Position numbers and translations under genes: made by a program. From an uncultured Victivallis sp. (GTDB lineage: Bacteria; Verrucomicrobiota; Lentisphaeria; Victivallales; GWF2-50-93): a stretch of DNA of 64,000 nt. The stretch covers positions 609 to 64,608 of the forward strand of contig CAZION010000011.1 of assembly GCA_964540865.1 (NCBI GenBank). Reading direction: 5' to 3'. Below the pieces are notes generated by a model, which saw only the letters and a list, made by a program, of their open reading frames with translations, was not told where the DNA came from and did not search any database. Shown here piece by piece: positions 63,629 through 64,000 of the stretch (positions within the stretch are counted from its first letter, which is position 1; each line of letters begins with the position of its first letter).

Positions 63629-64000
63629 TCAATTATCTCCGAGTTTCCGGTTTTCCTGCTCAAGCCTGTTTATGCATTCCGGGCATTCATGCCTTTCCAC
63701 GGGCGACCCTCCAAGTTTTTTAATTTCAGACTTCACTGCGGAATAATTGATCCCGAAGATTGTTTTGAGTTCGGGAGAGGAAAGGACCTTTTCCGGTGTA
63801 CCTTCGCAGAGCATCGCCCTGTTCAGGAGAATCATCCTGTCTGCGAAGTTCGCAACTTCAGCAATGTCGTGGGATATGAGGAAAATGGACAGGTCATATT
63901 CTCTTCTGAGGCGCGAAACGATCCTGTAGAATATTTCGATGCCTGCCTTGTCCACCCCGGCTATGGGTTCGTCAAGTAGTAGTAGGTCCGGGATTGGGCT
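63629..64000 (-). CDS. Metal ABC transporter ATP-binding protein; 5' part lies beyond the window
   Basis: Hand translation upstream of the track ORF gives ..PDLLLLDEPIAGVDKAGIEIFYRIV..SIFLISHD (Walker B and D/H loops). The frame is open to the window edge. Confidence 0.85.
   Translation of the reverse strand, partial: SPIPDLLLLDEPIAGVDKAGIEIFYRIVSRLRREYDLSIFLISHDIAEVANFADRMILLNRAMLCEGTPEKVLSSPELKTIFGINYSAVKSEIKKLGGSPVERHECPECINRLEQENRKLGDN

Overview
This 64-kb chromosomal segment most likely comes from a PVC-superphylum bacterium (Lentisphaerota, Kiritimatiellota, Verrucomicrobiota or Planctomycetota-like). That guess is inference from gene content only: prepilin-type N-terminus plus DUF1559 proteins, DUF4838 and DUF1570 proteins, many Gfo/Idh/MocA oxidoreductases, and giant surface proteins. 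I call about 40 protein-coding genes and no rRNA, tRNA or CRISPR array. Layout: (i) 1-11.6 kb, minus strand: a DUF1570 peptidase-like gene, an ECF sigma factor, an anti-sigma/vWA fusion, and a membrane protein of at least 1984 codons that runs off the window. (ii) 11.9-13.3 kb: ugd. (iii) 13.3-19.0 kb: a small accessory island with a HigB/HigA-like toxin-antitoxin pair and a type I RM cassette (hsdM, an AlbA_2/HATPase gene, hsdS) with no hsdR. (iv) 19.0-24.2 kb: an operon ending in a zinc-ribbon / degenerate Ser-Thr kinase / beta-helix protein. (v) 24.4-44.4 kb: glycan-utilisation genes (beta-propeller hydrolase-like, heparinase II/III-like, GH130, two DUF4838 paralogues, dehydrogenases, a GntR-PBP regulator). 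(vi) 44.4-53.8 kb: mixed metabolism. (vii) 54.0-60.2 kb: a 2066-aa surface protein with a GH64-like core. (viii) mnmA, a reductase and a metal ABC transporter. Most of the longer intergenic gaps carry hairpin repeats (GTAG-type REP-like units and other short families). One gap holds a nested 152-nt structured insertion bounded by inverted repeats. All functional calls rest on motif recognition by eye and hand translation; no database search or folding program could be run.
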